IMG/VR virus record: IMGVR_UViG_3300045988_125816
Coordinates: 1-5,216 of that record
Length of the DNA: 5,216 nucleotides
Source: a virus
Strand: one strand, 5' to 3'
Numbering within the stretch: the first letter of the stretch is position 1; the number at the start of each line of letters is the position of its first letter. A model generated the notes under the pieces. That model was given only the letters and a program-made list of their open reading frames with translations. It was not told the origin of the DNA and made no database searches. This document shows positions 4,822-5,216 of this stretch, one piece after another. The translations under genes and the position numbers were made by a program.

Positions 4822-5216
4822 ATGAATGTTAATGCGGAGTCGCATTTTGCTATTGCTCCTGCTGATGTTGACTTTCAGCGTTCGCAGTTTGACCGCTCCC
4901 ATAAGAATACATTGACATTTAATGTTGGTGAGCTTGTGCCCTTCTATATTTCGGAAGTTCTTCCCGGTGATACTTTTGATGTGTCTACCTCTAAGGTTGT
5001 CCGCCTTCAGACTCTTCTTGCGCCTGTTATGGATAATCTCTATTTGGATACGTACTATTTCTTTGTTCCACATCGTCTTGTATGGGATCATTGGCAGGAA
5101 TTTTGTGGTGAATCGAATCAGGCTTGGACTCCTTCAGTTGAGTATTCTATTCCGCAAATTAAAGCCCCTGTTGATGCTGACGGTTATGCTGGTTGGAAGT
5201 TTGGTTCTCTTGCTGA
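4822..5216 (+). CDS. VP1: Major capsid protein VP1 (Microviridae F-like), N-terminal part. It continues across the circular junction into 1..1379, for about 572 aa in total.
   Basis: ATG at 4822 preceded by GGAGG at 4811-4815 with 6-nt spacing. Translation MNVNAESHFAIAPADVDFQRSQFDRSHKNTLTFNVGELVPFYISEVLPGDTFDV...LYLDTYYFFVPHRLVWDHWQEF is typical of a gokushovirus VP1 N-terminus. The open frame runs to the window end, and the sequence there equals 1..55, so the frame continues at position 3. Confidence 0.9.
   Translation, partial: MNVNAESHFAIAPADVDFQRSQFDRSHKNTLTFNVGELVPFYISEVLPGDTFDVSTSKVVRLQTLLAPVMDNLYLDTYYFFVPHRLVWDHWQEFCGESNQAWTPSVEYSIPQIKAPVDADGYAGWKFGSLA
5162..5216. repeat. Terminal redundancy: exact copy of window positions 1..55, the circular genome junction
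   Basis: Base-by-base identity of 5162..5216 with 1..55. It implies a circular 5161-nt unit genome. Confidence 0.95.

Overview
The window appears to be a complete circular ssDNA Microviridae genome of the gokushovirus type, linearised with a 55-nt terminal redundancy. Positions 5162..5216 are identical to 1..55, which gives a unit genome of 5161 nt. All supported genes are on the + strand and share a strongly T-rich third codon position. VP1 (major capsid) starts at 4822 and runs across the junction to 1379. After its rho-independent terminator comes VP2 (1414..2061, minor capsid/pilot). A highly structured 288-nt intergenic region (2062..2349) follows, containing an anomalously GC-rich imperfect palindrome of alternating C-G, a perfect 15-bp hairpin nested inside a longer-range pairing, and a near-consensus sigma70 promoter with an extended -10. 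That promoter and a perfect Shine-Dalgarno drive a 95-aa acidic, Cys/His-containing ORF of unknown function (2350..2637). Downstream lie VP4 (2676..3653, rolling-circle Rep with three HUH-type motifs), a 38-aa basic J/VP8-like mini-ORF missing from the ORF track (3738..3854), a 76-aa VP5-like ORF (3969..4199) and VP3 (4201..4674, internal scaffold). The minus-strand ORFs and the hydrophobic alternative-frame + strand ORFs are best explained as compositional artefacts of T-rich codon usage. The most interesting part is the VP2-VP4 region: the structured, GC-rich intergenic region and the self-contained promoter/RBS/ORF95 cassette, which have no counterpart in the canonical gokushovirus layout. 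A 16-nt motif (TTTTTTGAAAGGATGT) recurs at three gene starts, once creating an ATG-TGA start-stop.
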